Assembly: GCA_013265495.1 (NCBI GenBank)
Contig: MU058844.1
Span: 9,754,184-9,818,183, forward strand
Length of the DNA: 64,000 bases
DNA from: Vicugna vicugna
Lineage: Eukaryota
Reading direction: 5' to 3'
This document shows positions 50,505 through 64,000 of this stretch, piece by piece. Positions within the stretch are counted from its first letter, which is position 1. Each line of letters opens with the position of its first letter. Position numbers and translations under genes: made by a program. The notes under the pieces were generated by a model. That model did not search any database, had not been told where the DNA came from, and saw only the letters and a list, made by a program, of their open reading frames with translations.

Positions 50505-53500
50505 CTGAAAAGTTAAGGTATAGAAAAATGCACTGTATTAAACGTATATAAGGAAAAGTTAAAATGGAAATGTACAAAACTTTTATCATGAACTTTCTGG
50601 CAAATGAATGGGGTAAAGTGCCCTTTTTTGTGGGCCTGAGAGACTGTTTACTTTCAAAATGAGATGATAAAAGAAGATTTTGCACGGTGGTGTTAGCACA
50701 TCTGTTTCTGTGATTCAATGGAAAAAAATATTTCATGAGAAAAAAGAACAAGGAGTATGTCACTGTGATTCACCTACTGTTCAAGTACATCTTGGTAAAT
50801 TATCATCCTCTAATAAAAATAAAACCATTGGGGTGAATAAATATAATACATAGTAAAAGAGCTCCCCAAACGATAAAAAAAAAATAGGAAAAAAAATCAC
50901 AAGAAGAAAGTGAAAATTATAACATTGGGAAAGCAGTTAAAATGACTGACCTCACAAATGAAAACTGCATTCAATTTCAGTTGTGTTATTAAACTGTAAA
51001 AGAGTATCAAAATCTTTTCACTGATTCTTTAAAACTGAATGATTTACAAAAGGAAATGCCATTATAGCAAGTAAGAATATAGACATTTTAGGGTCTACTT
51101 CTAATTGTGCTATAATAGTTTAAAAATTCAAATATTTTAGCCATTCTACAAGGAATAAATACTAAGAAAAATTATTGAAACTAATTAGCCAAGTTTATGC
51201 TTCCATTTCAATAAAACGTTAGAAAGACATTTCTCAACTGCTCTGTACCAGCATAGTAATGTCTTAGAATATTAATACACGTTTTTGCATGCAAAAGGTA
51301 TAAATTACTAAAATTTTGATCACTTAGTTATACATGGAAAGTGAACTCATAGCTAATAGAAATTTGAAGAATTTGTTCAGATCTTTGAAAAATGTAAATT
51401 TACAGATTAGTATATGTGCAGATCACTTTTTCCAATAATCTGGAGAAAATCATGCCTGAATTATTACATTTTCTTTCTGATTTTCAGAATAACCTCAACT
51501 AGTGTGTGTGTACACACACGTGTGTGTTTTCATTATCTTGGTGATGATAATTTTTTCAAAAAAGGAGTTTATTGAGCAGAGAAAAGCTTTATGACTTGAG
51601 TTCTATGGAATAATGGTGACAGCTGTGTTTATGTTTTCAGCTGGCTTTCTCACTGGCACTACAATAAAAATGCTATCAAATATTGATTATCACAAGATTC
51701 CATATGTCATTTGGAGATGTCTGTTTCCCAAGATATGAATTATCTCTAACTGAGAACTCTCATTGTCAAGACAAAAACCTATAATATTTTTCTGAATATC
51801 AGTGCAAAACTTAACTTTCATTTTTAATCAGAGAAAAGGATTTTAATCAAAACCAGCGCTGATACAGAACACGTAACTAAGCACTTCTGTTTTATAATAT
51901 GCTTTAACATGTTTATGTGGAACAGCAAATAGTTCTTGGTGTTTTATATTTAATCTTCAGCATATCCTTGGGTATTTTATTTTATGTAAAACTTTACTGC
52001 TAAATAAATGCAGTTAACACGCCTTTCAAAATAAAACACTCATATCTACCATTGCAGACAAACATTTTTCAAACATTTTTAACATTTGTTAAAATACCAT
52101 TTATATTCAGAAATGCAATTTTTAAAATGAAATTGGAAAAACAGAATAATTAAATGCAGTGTCTTTCGCAGTCTATCCAATTCAACATGACAGAATGTAT
52201 GAGACAGACGAGAAGGGTCTTCACAAGGCTCTGACTGCCTCCTACCCGTTCTTATCCCTCACCCCATTCTACTCATCTTCCTTCAGAGGTCACAGCTTAA
52301 CCATAACTTCCTCAGCCATACTTTCCTGGATATCTCAGAGTAGCTGAAGTTCCTTTTCTGTTCTGGTGAACACTTATACCAGTAATTAGAATTGTAAAAA
52401 TTATTTATCTACACATTTGTCAAATTTAGATCTCTTCTACTGAACTTCAAGCTCTACGACGGCAAGAAACTCCTGATACCTAACAAAGGAAATTATCTCA
52501 AGCTTTTATTCAAATTCTCGATTTGCTGTAATTTTTCTATAAGGGAGTCTTGTTCTTTACCCTGTTCCTTAGCAATAAGACCAAGGACTTAGATGGAAGT
52601 TTACCGTGACTGTATTTTTAACAGTTTGGACGTATAGTATAATTTGAAACAATTGACTTGACTTGAGTGGTAAAAACAAACAAACAAACAAAACTCTGCC
52701 TCCTCAAAATGTATTTTCACTACTGGGCTAGGTTCCTCTCATATAAGACCTTGAATTCTTACCACAGGGACTATTTAATTAGATTAGAAATAGAGAAATG
52801 GGTACTATGTCCATAAGGACATTGCTAAAATGACTTAATTTATCTTTCTTAGACATCATCTAAGACAGAAAGGAGAGCTAACCTTCGCTCAACTTTAACC
52901 ATTGTATCATTGGGAAAATTTATATATTGGGTTAATTTTTCACTTTGAGAGCAAGAAAAATCTAACTATGGAAAAATAAAAATTTGGAAAGGTAAGTTTT
53001 GATGGAGAAACAACATATTGAGTAGAGGCAATAACTAAGGAAGACTAGCCTATGAGAAGACTTAGAAACACGGGTGACTGGTTCTAAGTTTCTAGAACTG
53101 GGAGTAGAAACTAAGCCATCAGTTTAGAACCCTGGTAGAGCACCTGACCAGGATACTCTGGTGAAGTAACCTGGTGGAAGGGAAGCCAGGGAGGGATCTG
53201 GAATGGGAGAAGAGGGTTCTGAGGACTTCATTACTTTGAATAAAATAAGAGCACTGCAGAGAAAAGTCCTCTTCTTCTAGAATTATGAAATGCACATTTT
53301 GTCCTGGTGAATGACTAGAATCAGAACATCCACAGGGTGCAGCTTAGCATGAAGATGAGGGAACTTGAAAGAGAGGACGCAAAAGATACCCTACAAACAT
53401 GTGACACATCCAGACCCGCTCATCATGGCAACGGCACTTTAACAGGAAGAAAAATAAATAACATTCTCAAAATACACAATATACAAAACAAAATGCAAAT

Positions 53501-54153
53501 CCAAACCCCAAATATATCCTTCAAAAGTAATTTTCTTAGCATGATGTATGCCTATAACTTGGTGAGGCAGCATTGGAAAATGGCCTTAGTAGTAAAGATA
53601 ATTTCATTCAGGTTAGGAAAAGGTATGCTTAAATACTCAATATGAAGGCTACGAACATTCGGGCATAGCATCTTGGCAACTTAGGTAGATAAACCTGGAA
53701 AACAGCCTGAACACATTAGCAAGATAATTCTAGTAACAATAAAAACTGCTGTAGGTTAACGTAAGAGAATCTACTATAAAATTTACATACATGTCTATTC
53801 TAATGAACGTGAAAGTTGAAAAACACAGTCAAAATACACCGATTGATGCTCACACTATTCAAACCCAAATTTTAGCCTTAAAAATTCCCATGGAAAAAAA
53901 ATTACTGTTTTTTTTTACACAGCACAGATGACTTCAGAATTTTAAAAAGCATTTTATATCTGATTTTACTGAAGGAAAATCTGACTCTGCAAGCTTCTTT
54001 CACACCATGACAATGAAATCTCTATACAATGTTGGTGTGGCACACAACGGCTACCCCAGCTAGGAGAATTCTGACGTTGTATCTTCATTGCATATACATG
54101 TTTTCTGAAATGTGATGGATATGAAATAAACCAGTATCAAGTGCTGTAATTAC

Positions 54154-54255
54154 CATCTTCTTCAGTCAGCACACTTAAAGGTGCACTCCGAACTCCTTCG
54201 CCTTCGACGGTACTGGCTGACACCTCAATCATATATTGGGTATACTTCTTCAGTC
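54154..54255 (-). CDS. PTPRQ: PTPRQ internal coding exon (102 nt, phase 1-1), C-half of an FN3 repeat; not in the ORF track
   Basis: tttctgtttag|GA ... GATG|gtaatt; hand translation [34 protein letters not shown] with the FN3 L..YT.Y motif; in frame with both neighbours. Confidence 0.95.
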
Positions 54256-54616
54256 CTAAACAGAAATAAAATAGGTAAGTTAAGACTTACAAAATATCTT
54301 TTAACAATAGGCAAGAGGCAAATTATGAAATGCCTCTTAACAATCTTCCGAAAGTAAGAACTAAATGAAACGTAGTTCTTGGAATTGTAACTCCTATTTT
54401 GAAGACAAAATGATACAGAATCATGTGGAAAAGGACTGACCTAGAATATTCTTTCATGCGACCTGCCATAAACTCCTAGCTTATTTAACCAAAAAGCCAG
54501 AATCATCATACCCCACATAAAACTAATCACACCATTTATGATATAACAATAAGCAAATATATTGTGGCCACTCTGTCAATATAAATGTAAATAGCTAGCA
54601 TTATTTATTTTTTTAC

Positions 54617-54799
54617 CTGTAATGCTCTGAGTCAAAGAAGTTGTATTTATAGTTCTTTCCTCATTTCCATCACCTTTCTTGAGATAAATTGTATATTTTT
54701 GTATAATTCCATTGGGACTCTTTGGGGGAAGGAATGATAGCTCAATCTCTCCAGAGGAAATATTTTTGTAAGTAATATTTTCTGGTGGACTATCAGGCA
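54617..54799 (-). CDS. PTPRQ: PTPRQ internal coding exon (183 nt, phase 1-1), N-half of an FN3 repeat
   Basis: Acceptor ttttttttcag|TG and donor ACAG|gtaaaa on the minus strand; encodes [61 protein letters not shown], recognised as PTPRQ. Confidence 0.95.
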
Positions 54800-55109
54800 C
54801 TGAAAAAAAACCCAAAAATATGCATGCATAAAATAATTCCATTCTAATAATATATTCTGTGTTGAAGTTTTCACCCCAGTGGACTAGGATATGTATATAT
54901 GAATGTTCATTCACTAGAGTGTGATTATAATAAACATCCTAGATGCAGTAAAATGCAGGTAAATTATAGCACTTAACTTTATAAGAATAATGTCATCTCA
55001 AAGAAAATTATTATTGTTCTGACTCTACAGAATAACGTTTATAGGATGTTATTTTTTATTAAAATACTTGAGACTATTAAACTGTCTTACATTGCAGAAC
55101 ATGCAGACA

Positions 55110-55475
55110 CAGTGGTGCCTTGGTGTCCGCAGGAATTGGTTCCAGGACCCTCACCCTTACTCCTCCAGGAGTACCAAAATTTGAGGATGCTCAAGTTCCT
55201 TCTATAAAATGACACCGTATTTGCATATAACCTACGGACATCCTCCTGTATACTTTGTATCACCTCTAGATCACTTATAATACCTAACACAATGTAAATG
55301 CTACATAAATCACTGTAAATACAATGTAAATGCTCTGTAAATAGTTGCCTGTTAGCATGTAGCAAATTCAAGTACTGTTTTTTGAAACTTTCTGCAATTT
55401 TTTTTTCTGAATGTTTTTTATCCACAGTTGGTTGAGTCTGTGGATACAGGGCCCCCAGATACAGAGGGCTGACTT
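55110..55475. mobile_element. MER2 (TcMar-Tigger) DNA transposon remnant
   Basis: cagtggtgccttggtgtccgcagg..ttggttccaggaccc...ggatgctcaagt...gtatttgcatataacctac...gatacagagggctgact resembles the MER2 consensus as I recall it. Confidence 0.85.
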
Positions 55476-55779
55476 TACAAGAAAGAGGATTGAAAAACAC
55501 TTTAAAAAGCCTGCCTTTCACCAATAATAATAATAAAATACAAATGGTTAATAAATTAGTTTTGATAACAAGATCTATGACAAGACAAAGATCCTCTCCT
55601 AGATATAAGGCTGCATATAATGACCTAGTAACAAAACGGTCTCCTGTGGATACAGGGGATCAATAAATAAAACACTAGTTTTCTGTATTTACTAATGTTC
55701 TTACTGTATGGAATGTAACGGTCATAAATGATTCTCTTCATATATTCAAATATTAATGCTAAATGTGGGATTCCAATTC

Positions 55780-57500
55780 TGGCAAAATATTGGAATAGCC
55801 ACCCTAAGTTGAATGACTATCACGATGAAAGTAAGAAAACTCTGCATAAAATTAGCATTTTCTTTTAAGGAATTACAGAGATAACATGGGAAGTTAGAAA
55901 TCTGTGGTAGTCAAAAACAAAAGCAAAAAAACCCCAACAAAATAAAACAAACAAACAAACAAAAAAGTAAAAACAGGAATCCTGACATGGAAACTGTACT
56001 AAAGGGTGCTCTGCCTTGGAGGGTACTGGCCAATCCTGGTGACTTTGAGTCTCTCCATTCACAGCTGTGTGGGGTACCAGAAAAGAAGAGAAAGCCTTGG
56101 GCCAGTAGAAGAATAAAAGATATTCCGGCATAAAGAGTTGAAACCCCAAAAGAATGCAATTTCAACCAGGGCTATGATATAGGCCAACTCTGCAGAGTGC
56201 CGTAGAATTCAGCATGAGTTGTGCAGTGTGGTACATTCACTCTCGGGGAATAGGGAATGAGAAATAAACCCACTATGCAAAAAAGGACAGAAAAATAACA
56301 TTTTTCCTCCTGACACTCCTCTGGATGAAGAGGTAGAATATAAAGAAAAATTATGCATTTTTGAAACTGCAAGTCTATCCCTATGAGCATGCGTGGCCCA
56401 AATCCACAGCAGCTATATGGCCTGAAAAGACCTCTACTTCAGAATTTAAATTAAAATGAATCTATAATCCTGAATTGCCATTACTCAAAACAACTAGCAG
56501 AAGCAAACATGCATCCTCTCTGAAGAAACTCAACTTCAACTCAGGTCACATAAATTTCCCACAGATAAAGTTTCAAGGAATATGAGCTCACTGATAAAAA
56601 TCACAAAACACACAAGCAAATCAGGCACCAATGGTTAAAGCCAACAAAGAAGAACAGAAACACACACACACACACCAGCCAGACTTCAGATACCGTAATT
56701 ATCAAAGAATAAAAATACAAATGTTTAACATAGTTCAAGAAATCAAACACTTGAAAATATAAGCAAATAATTCTTTAGATAATAATAAATAACACACATA
56801 ATCAAACAAGCTTGAAAAAGAACCAAACAGGACTTCAGGAACAGAATTAAAAAAAAAAAAAACCCGAAGGTAAAATTCTCTTGATGTATAAAAAAGCAGA
56901 TTAGATAGATAGAAAATAATTTAGTGAAAAAGATGATAGTATTGTATGAATTATCAAAAATGTAACTCAGAGAAAGAAAATATAGAAAATACAAGATGGC
57001 AGTTAAGAGAAATAAAGGATATACTGAGGGGGCTAAGATAATAGAGAAAATGAGGAAGAAATGTTTAAAGGAATAATGGCCTAGACTGATCAAAATTACT
57101 GAAAGATATCAAGCTTCAGAACAAAGAATGCCAATAAATCTCAAGCAGAATTCAAAAAATTTAGACACATCATTGTAAAAATACAGAATATCAAAGAGGA
57201 GATCTTAACAGCACCAGAAATAAAATAGAACATCTACACAGGAATGATAATCAGATGGAAAAGTGACATCAATTGAAAAACTTCTGGAATTCTACACCCA
57301 GAAAAAATTAACAAGAGCAAAATAAAAACAAATCTAATCAAAAACAGAGAGCTAGCCATCAATGCAGGCTCAAAAGATGAAATTTTAAGCAATGTACTTT
57401 AAGCAGAAAAATACTCGCTGGAGATGGAAGATCACAGTTGGATGTGCCTTTCTAGAACAATAGCAATAATGGCTAATTTGGGGGTTAAACAATATAAACT
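55780..57500 (+). mobile_element. Old L1 (L1M-type) 5'UTR/ORF1 remnant (approximate bounds)
   Basis: A-rich strand bias with decayed ORF1 motifs (gaaatgtttaaaggaataatggcc, tagacacatcattgtaaaa, gaattctacacccagaaaaa). Confidence 0.6.
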
Positions 57501-58099
57501 AAATATGTACATATTATTGCCATTGTAGGATCATGCTGTTAAGTTCTTTTCTTTCGAAAGAAGTGAACCTTTTTGATATTCTAAATACAATGGATATAAA
57601 CAATGCTACTAATAAATTTAGTAAAGTAGAGAAAATCCAGAAGCTTTGAAAGTGTAGATGCAGTGTCTCCAAGCCCTCATTGTTAACTGCTACAGAGTGT
57701 ATTCTATCTAAGGCAGACTTAATAGGAAAAACTGACATAAGAATGTTATTTCTAAAGCTCTGGAAGAATTGTAATTCAATACCTAGCTTTATAGAGCAAT
57801 ATAATCCTACTATCCCTCCTCCAAACACTCAGAATCTTCTCTAGTATCTTCCCAAGCCAACCCATTACAGGAGGAAAAATCCTCCCCAGCTACTCTGGAA
57901 GCTTCCCCAACCTTCTGGCTCTAAGTGAAATCTCAGACCTGACGGAGAACACTACATCTTAACACTCTTAGATAAAAGGTAGCCATTTGTTTTTCTCCCA
58001 TAATCCCTATAACCATAAGGCCTAGAAGTCAAGTAGCTGTATTTGTTGTTTCTCTTTGCCATACTGCGATCTCTCCTTTCTTTCTGAAGAAGCTCTAGG

Positions 58100-58712
58100 T
58101 GGTACCCCTCCTTAAGACAATCATCTAGGGATACCCTGCCACTTCCCCAAACATCTTAAACATTTTATCACCTGGATGACTGGCTTCCTCTATCACTCAG
58201 AGATGTCAACATCAATGGAAATGATCTGTCTAGTTCCCTGGACTCTGCATTCCTTGGTCTCCATAATTTCAGTAATCTTTCCTTCTACTTCACTTTAACC
58301 ACTAGTTTCCATGGCCACACCTGAGACCTTGCCATTACCAACAGCTGCCAGGACTTCTCTCTTTGGCAACCACCTCCTATCTTTTCAGCTCTTGTACCAA
58401 TAGTCCAACAATTCTTTGACCCTCATCAAACGTTCACTGTCCATCACCTTCCTTATATCCTCATCTCCCCACTTACTCAGGTCAGAGTCCACAGTCTGTC
58501 ACTAAAACCACTTCCTAGCAATCTCCATCAACTCCTTCTAGCTCACTTTTCTGGCAAAATTCCAATTTAGGTCAAACCAAACTCAGTATGTTAGTTCTAC
58601 ATCTGCCACGTTAACAGCTGAAAATGTCTGAATAAAATACCACTCCATGATGACTAGCCTCACTTTAATTTATAACCTCAAATCTCAAATCAATCCTTTT
58701 CACTCTTTGTCA

Positions 58713-58747
<35 letters not shown>

Positions 58748-60450
58748 AGTGAATTCCATCTCCTACTCTTGTTACGTAAGTTTTCACCATCTTCTCTCTT
58801 CACAAACATCCGATATCCCCTCCCTCTCCTCATTCAAAGCTGATAAACTCGCTTCTCATTTCACTGAGAAAATAAAAGCACTCAGAAGAGGACCACATAC
58901 CTTCCTACCGCCCATCTTCCTTTAACTGCCTTCTCTTCTTACTCCTCTGAAACCTAGTCCTCTACCTCTGCGCTGGAGTCCACTGAATCCACTGAGTCAG
59001 AATTTCGACCTGAAGTTCCTTCCTCTGTTGTAGTTTCAGTTTTTCTCTCTTCACTGAATTATTTCTATCACTGTATGCATTGCATACATGTGGACACACA
59101 TCAGCTATTGCTCCATTCTTTCCTCAGCTCTATAATAACATTCCTCAAAATTTGCCTGTATTCATTTTCACCACTTTCTTACCTATCATGCTGTCTTAGC
59201 CCCGCTTCAGTGTGGCATTTTCCTCCCATTTTTAGCCATGAAACCTACTGTCATGGAGTTGTCAGTGATCGCATCTTGCCAAACCACTCATCAGTTGCAT
59301 ACCCTCATCTTACTTCACTCTCAGCAGCGTTTGACATAGCAAATAAATAGCTTCTACTTTAAATTATTTATTCATTTGACTTCCAAGACATGATCTTCTC
59401 CTGATTTTCCTCCTACTTCATTGGCTGCCCCTGCTTAGTCTTTAACTGGTTCCTCTTAGACTTTCCAAATTTGACAGATCATTCTGTCTGAGGACACAGT
59501 TGTATGCTTCCTTCACCTCTATCTTTACTCATCCTGATGTGACTTTATCTCATCCCTTAACTTTGAGTACCAGAGACATGAAGATGCCTCCAAATTGTAT
59601 ATTGAATCCTGGATCCTTCCCTTGAGTTTTAAACTTATGAGTCCAATTGCCTTCATAGCAGGCACTTGGATATTTCAAATACATTGAAAACAGAACTTCT
59701 GAATTTCCTCCAAACTGCTCTCTTCCCCAGACTTCATCTCAGCAAATGGTACCTCCTTCACCAAGATACTCAGACCAAAAACCTAAAAGATACTCTTGGT
59801 GTTTTCTCTTTATTCTCACATCCAATATATTCAGCAGCAATCTTCTAAAATTGCAAATCGTATCATGTTCTTGTCTCATAATTCTCCAATTAGCTTCACA
59901 TAAAAATTAAACACCAAACTTCTTAGTATGGCACTCAAGAATCTGCCTGGTCTACCTCTGCCCATCTCTCTCCCTGCTCATCTGCTAATTCTATCCCCAT
60001 AACGCATAGTGTTCCCATGACTGAAATGTTCTGCTCTTCCTCAAACACATAAAGTGCCTTCCTACCTCAGAAGCTTGGTAATGGCTATGCCTCCTTCTGG
60101 AACACTTTTCTTCCTTAGCCTCATCTAATTAAATCTCATACACTAATAATATCTCTAGGCAAATATAACCTCCTCGGGTACACCTTTCTCAGTCTTCTAT
60201 CTCAAATGGCCTGCACACTATTCTATAACTCTCTCTTGTCTTTCCCCTGATATTTTTTTCTTCAAGGAATTTACCAGTACTAAAAATCATCTATATTATT
60301 TGCCTACTGGTTTATTTTCTGTGACCCTTCTAGAATGCTGAGTTCTAGGAAGGTAGAAATTTTGTCTTATTTACTTCTCTAACTACAGTGCCTAGTTCAG
60401 TGGTGGCACGTTATATGGAATCCATAAAAAATCTGTTCAGTGAATCAAGA
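58100..60450 (+). mobile_element. Long degenerate L2 element (approximate bounds)
   Basis: Pyrimidine-rich plus strand with L2 ORF2-derived motifs (catggccacacctgagaccttgccattacc, ctctcagcagcgtttgacatag) and an L2-type 3' end at about 60330-60450. Confidence 0.7.
58717..58744. repeat. (TA)n microsatellite
   Basis: Uninterrupted TA run. Confidence 0.95.
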
Positions 60451-63400
60451 AATACACACAAATGATACAGCATATATTTAAAGCAAGAAAGAAATTTGTA
60501 GCAAAGGAAAATCAGTAAGACTGTATTGAACAGCTCTTTAACTGCAGGGAGGAAAAGGGATTGGCGACGATGCTATGCTTGAATTTTATAACTCAGTATA
60601 ACTTCTGATTTTGAAAAATGCTCCTTGGAATTTGCTAAGTCATCTCTCCGGAGTTGCCTGCCTACCACTAGTAGTAAGGATATAAATATGCATCCCTGAC
60701 CCCAGGCTGATATCCTTGACATTTTTATTCATTTATCCTTAGGGGATAACCAGCGTTGAATCTTCAGGGAAAGTACAGCAAGACACATTTAATGACTTAG
60801 TGATTTTGCAGAGTAATGACGCACTTAGAGTTTTCTGAAACAGCATGACGTTTACACAGCATGACGCTGTGTAAAATAGAAAACTCATGAATAAAAAGTA
60901 ATTCTTATAATCAGTTGGAACAAACTGGATCTATTAAAAACTAAAAATAAGAAATAATTCAGTTCATGATGATCCTAAAATAGAAAGCAGGAAGTTACCT
61001 TGAATATGCCAAAAGATTGTTGTTTGGCACATATAGTTTAAATGTTACATAGAGAAAATAAGAAATGCCATCTATTAATATGAATAAATGTATACAGTCC
61101 TGCACAAAGTTTTGATCAACATCTAAGTTACTATCCACTAGTGGTTGTTACCCCAAATCAGACTTATTCAGGCATTTGGTTAAAGGCTTGCTGTAAAGAA
61201 AATTGTATCTTAGAAAGGAAAGAAAATACACAAATATAGATTGTCAAAGGGTAATTTGTATGGGAACTTAAAGTTCTTTATGTGGTTACTGTGTCCTAAG
61301 TATGAGAAAATATAAACTAATCTCAAGTTTGTCAAATGAACATTCTGTACTTAACACACACAAACACACACAGACACAGACATTCAATTCACACACACAC
61401 ACACACACATACAGGAAATCAATCTTGTATTGATCTTTCCTGCTTGTACACAAGAGTATTTTACTTCCAAGCATTAGTAAACTGTAATTCCTCAATCAAG
61501 ATAAAACACTTGAACAAATAATATACTATTAGTTAATTAGCAGCATTAACTCGTGGAGTAAGCATATCTCTCAATTTCTCATGAAACAATATTAAAAAGT
61601 GGGATCTTGCTTTTTACAGTAAGAGTAGAGGATGTACTTATTGTATTTAATAAGAATATTGAGCCCCGGGAACAGACAGTTGCTTCTGAGCACACCCTGC
61701 TTCAAATGACACCTTGAGACTCTACTTAAAATTCTCGCTTCCTTTTTTTGCAAAAATAACTAAAATTGGTGGCTCAAGAGTAGCAAACATGACCTAGGAA
61801 AAGTCACTAATGGGTTGCCCACTATGTCTATCCAGACAGAGGATTCACAGATCTCAAGAGTACACAAACTTAGAACAGAGAGCTGGAAATTAGGCATTTG
61901 GACGTTGAACCCTATGCCCTATTGTTAGGCCTCTTTTGCTTCTGAAGAATCTAACGTCAAAATGACCCAGTTATACCACCCACATGGGTGGGCTAGTGAG
62001 CCCTAGAATAAGTTGTTTCTCTTTCTTCTTACTTTTCTTGCTACACCAGGAGCCCTGAGATGGGAGGGACAGGTTTACCTTCAAGTCTCAACATTACTTC
62101 TCACCTACTATGATTTTTGAATCATTTTACTCAAATATTCCTAAGTTTCCTCATATTATATAAAATAAAAGGTTCTGTGCATCTTCTAAGACCCCTTCCA
62201 AAACTAAAATTCTCCTTTTGAATTAGATTTCAGGTTAAAGTATCATATTTATATCTATACATGTATTATATATATATACATGCATATATATTTTATCCTT
62301 GCCTTAGAATTAAGGTCATACAACAAGTAAGAAAATGAAAATTAAATTCAGTTTTTCAAGACTAAGGAAAAGATTGCATGTAATAATTAGCAAAAAAAGA
62401 TTGTTTTAAAAATAATCATTAAATTAAGGTGTTCTTGATGCTGTGACCATTTACGAAGTGTAGTGTTTAATAAGCACCCATGAATATGGTGACTATTTAA
62501 CGGCACAACAGGCTGTTTGAAAGTTCTTACTTTCCTTCCTCATAACTTGCCAAGCCCTAACTGCAAAATATCACTGCAACAATGAACACAAAGATCCTAG
62601 ATCTATTTTACTAGCTTCATTGATGGCTTCCAAAAGGGCATGTATTGTGAAAGGTAATGGGCATTATGGTCAGATGGATTTGGGTTCCAATTCCAGCTTC
62701 ATCACTTACCAGCTGGGAGACCTTCAGCAATTAAACATCCAGTGATTAATATCAACTTTAAGAGGGTGGAAATTCATCATCTTTTACAGTGCTAATAAAG
62801 CCCCGTAAGGACTGCTATACTGTAAATTATTTGTCGACTGTTTGCTGAAAGGATGAATTTCTCAGACCTCAATTCTTCATTAGTAATGAAGATAATTGCT
62901 TTATTCTAAAATTTAAAAGGCAGTTTTTGTGAAAGCCAATAGCAGAGCCCATGGTATGTTGCAGGTACTTAGAATATGCTTGTTTCTTTCCCTGACACAG
63001 TGTAAAATAAAACTCATTAGGGTACATGTTATTCTCAAAAATACTTATTTCCAGTACAGTATTTACAAAATCCATGAAGCATGCCAATATATATAATATC
63101 AATTAAATTACACAATAATTGATAACTCAGGATGACAAAAAAATGCTCTTTTCATTACTGTTTTATTCCTGTAATTACAACTATTGCCATTTGCTATGGT
63201 CACTCTCATGTGTTCTCATTTTATTAATTTCTGTGACCAATCTCAAGAGGATACTTTTGCTTAAAGGTAACCTGCTGTATTAGATTCCTAAATCCTCAAG
63301 GTCAGGGACAGGGCCTCACATATAGCATCTGGATGAACTATAAGAAATTGCTCATATTTGGCCAACTATGACATATAGGAATAGCAACTCAATGTGCTTC

Positions 63401-63779
63401 AGCCAGTAGCTAGTCAATAAATATTTATTTTTTTAAATGTATGGATAAAACAGTAACTTTGCATTTACTTTTTAATTCTAGGCATACACTGTAGAGTTGG
63501 CCCAGAAGTGATGCTCCAATGCATGATTATAAGCGTAATATAAACAATTCACTAAGATCATCAGGCAAATGTCTCGCTTTGCTCCTGCATCACTGAAACG
63601 CACTAATTCCTTGCTTGCATTGTTTATTTTATATGAGATATATCCCCTGCCCACCCAACAACCTCTACAATGTCCATTCCACCAACTCCTTAATATTCAG
63701 GTCAAATGTTGCCTCCTCTATACGGCTCCCCCAGGCATGCTATTTCTGTGTTCCGACTCTGCACCTCTATCTATAAACA

Positions 63780-63789
63780 CATCTCAGGA

Positions 63790-63823
<34 letters not shown>

Positions 63824-64000
63824 ACACCCACATATGTACACATATGTATAGAATTTGCATACATAGCCTACATACATCTATCTATAGATACATATCTGTA
63901 CACATCAACACATGTCTGTCTGTACATATATTTGTATAAATGTAGATACATCTATATAGATAGATGTATATGGATGTATAGAGAATGTATATGGATCATA
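63780..64000. repeat. (TG)n followed by a low-complexity TA/CA/GA-rich tract
   Basis: Direct reading. Confidence 0.8.

Noticed and set aside
51502..51527. Palindrome gtgtgtgtacacacac
   Set aside because: A trivial consequence of adjacent TG and CA microsatellite tracts.
1796..54799. Possibility that PTPRQ is pseudogenised in this species
   Set aside because: All 12 exons have canonical splice sites, compatible phases and open frames.
55087..55524. 145-aa minus-strand ORF close to a PTPRQ exon
   Set aside because: Runs through the MER2 element; no FN3 signature and no convincing splice-site pair.
54800..64000. Possible further upstream PTPRQ exon
   Set aside because: I found no FN3-coding segment with splice sites; the next exon probably lies beyond the window, though I could have missed a very small exon.

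Overview
AT-rich, CpG-poor mammalian genomic DNA. It is most likely from a camelid, because it carries tRNA-derived SINEs and an L1 3' end that resemble camelid families as I recall them. The whole window lies inside one minus-strand gene, PTPRQ (receptor-type protein tyrosine phosphatase Q, the hair-bundle phosphoinositide phosphatase linked to deafness). I traced 12 consecutive coding exons between 54799 and 1796, totalling 2337 nt (779 codons). All have GT-AG introns with matching phases and no internal stops. They encode 8 extracellular fibronectin type III repeats with about 20 N-x-S/T sequons; from memory these are roughly human exons 15-26 (numbering unverified). Two exons (54154-54255 and 26734-26875) are missing from the ORF track and were read by hand. 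The introns are filled with L1, L2, MIR, MaLR LTR and Tigger/MER remnants and microsatellites. I see no support for a new protein-coding system, CRISPR array or RNA gene. The best leads are (1) a 4x18-bp tandem array that multiplies an exon's splice donor and would add an in-frame stop, on an exon that also has a tandem acceptor; (2) a Six/E-box/TEAD/Pax3-7-like motif cluster near 7.5 kb, a candidate long-range MYF5/MYF6 enhancer of the kind known to lie in Ptprq introns; and (3) several readable insertion and duplication events.
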